Below, in pieces: positions 63,380-64,000 of a DNA stretch of 64,000 bases. The DNA is from Clostridia bacterium (lineage in GTDB: Bacteria; Bacillota; Clostridia; Oscillospirales; CAG-272), in the NCBI GenBank assembly GCA_017483305.1, contig JAFULC010000055.1, positions 2,835 to 66,834 of the forward strand, in the 5' to 3' direction. The notes below the pieces were generated by a model, which saw only the letters and a list, made by a program, of their open reading frames with translations, was not told the origin of the DNA and did not search any database. The position numbers and the translations under genes are program-made. How positions within the stretch are numbered: position 1 is the stretch's first letter; every line of letters begins with the position of its first letter.

Positions 63380-64000
63380 TTATTCCTTTGCGGTAAGCAT
63401 CATATAACGCTTCGCTGCATCGGCGTGTCCTGCCGCGGCGGCAATTCTGTAATAGAAAAGCGCCTCTCTCTTGTTTTTGACTCCAGAGCCCGCACCCTCC
63501 TCACAGCAAAGTCCGTAGCTGTAGGCGGCGTTGCTGTTGCCTCGGTCAGCGGCAAGCTTCAGCCACTTGATCGCCTCAGCATCGTTTTCATAAACGCCGA
63601 CTCCGTGGCGCAAGCACCAGCCGTAATTGTAGCAAGCATCGGTGTTTCCAAGCTCCGCGGCGATCTTATAGCATCTCGCGGCTGCGCCCTCGTTCTTTTT
63701 GACCATGCTCTTGCCGTCGTACAGGGCATCACCGAGCTTGTTCATCGCCGCTCCCAGCGTTGCCTTGTCGGGAGTTGCCTCGCCGTCCTCGAACAGCGCA
63801 TCCTTTCTCGAGAAGGGACTTTCAAAATAGCTCTTGAGGTCTCCGCCGTGAACGTATATCTTCGACATCTCGGTCTGCGCGTCCTCATGCCCGAGCGATG
63901 CCGCCATAGCAATATGCTCAACAGAGGAAATGTAGGACTGAGCAGTCGGCTCGTTTCTCACCATAAGCATACCGAGTCTGTATCTCGCCTCAATTTCGGC
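63380..64000 (-). CDS. Sel1/SLR-repeat protein, 5' end outside the window
   Basis: Repeated A..Y..G.C...G.G pattern (NTDACYNYGWCLRHGVGV, NSNAAYSYGLCCEEGAG). The frame stays open to position 64000. Confidence 0.75.
   Translation of the reverse strand, partial: AEIEARYRLGMLMVRNEPTAQSYISSVEHIAMAASLGHEDAQTEMSKIYVHGGDLKSYFESPFSRKDALFEDGEATPDKATLGAAMNKLGDALYDGKSMVKKNEGAAARCYKIAAELGNTDACYNYGWCLRHGVGVYENDAEAIKWLKLAADRGNSNAAYSYGLCCEEGAGSGVKNKREALFYYRIAAAAGHADAAKRYMMLTAKE

Overview
64 kb of a Firmicutes/Clostridia-type chromosome: SigA TTGACA/TATAAT promoters, GGAGG ribosome-binding sites, lipoprotein lipoboxes and a T-box leader. I call 54 CDS, 2 tRNAs, one T-box riboswitch, a parS cluster, and a set of promoters, terminators and repeats.

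Gene content, in order:
- Start of window: a membrane-anchored XRE regulator, a zinc-ribbon membrane protein with a 30-bp coding tandem repeat, and an Ala-rich lipoprotein.
- A Trp T-box controlling a TrpB-like enzyme.
- A long minus-strand locus: a 5-component Opp-type ABC importer in which the binding protein, one permease and both ATPases are oversized, then a DUF3899-like membrane protein and three tandem paralogues of unknown function.
- The block ahcY-mnmG-rsmG-[parS x4]-soj-spo0J-serS.
- A 5-gene GldA/GldF/GldG-like ABC operon with a duplicated GldG-like gene and a 988-aa DUF4340-like protein.
- tRNA-Met and tRNA-Glu, followed by decayed att-like tRNA-Glu 3' fragments and a 2.2-kb AT-rich four-gene cassette bounded by nested direct repeats.
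- pit plus a DUF47 gene, a metallophosphoesterase, pepF, ymdB, mnmE, an HPr-like gene, holA and a MATE transporter.
- rpmH-rnpA-yidD-yidC-jag, a small AraC-controlled sugar operon, sdaA, a MarR regulator, and a Sel1-repeat protein truncated by the window edge.

Most notable observations:
1. None of the 54 CDS ends in TAG (30 TAA, 24 TGA). The only in-frame TAG I found interrupts the otherwise intact, highly conserved N-terminus of mnmE.
2. The GldAFG-like/DUF4340 envelope system has no assigned function in Gram-positives.
3. The oversized Opp system, including a roughly 380-aa insertion inside the OppD ATPase, is coupled to three cytoplasmic paralogues of unknown function.
4. A conserved leader of about 120 nt is shared by two unrelated genes, and a GC-hairpin plus GGAATGGAG initiation motif recurs at five genes.
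5. A tRNA-Glu-linked islet is framed by nested repeats.

Functions are inferred from motifs I recognise in the translations. No database search was run.
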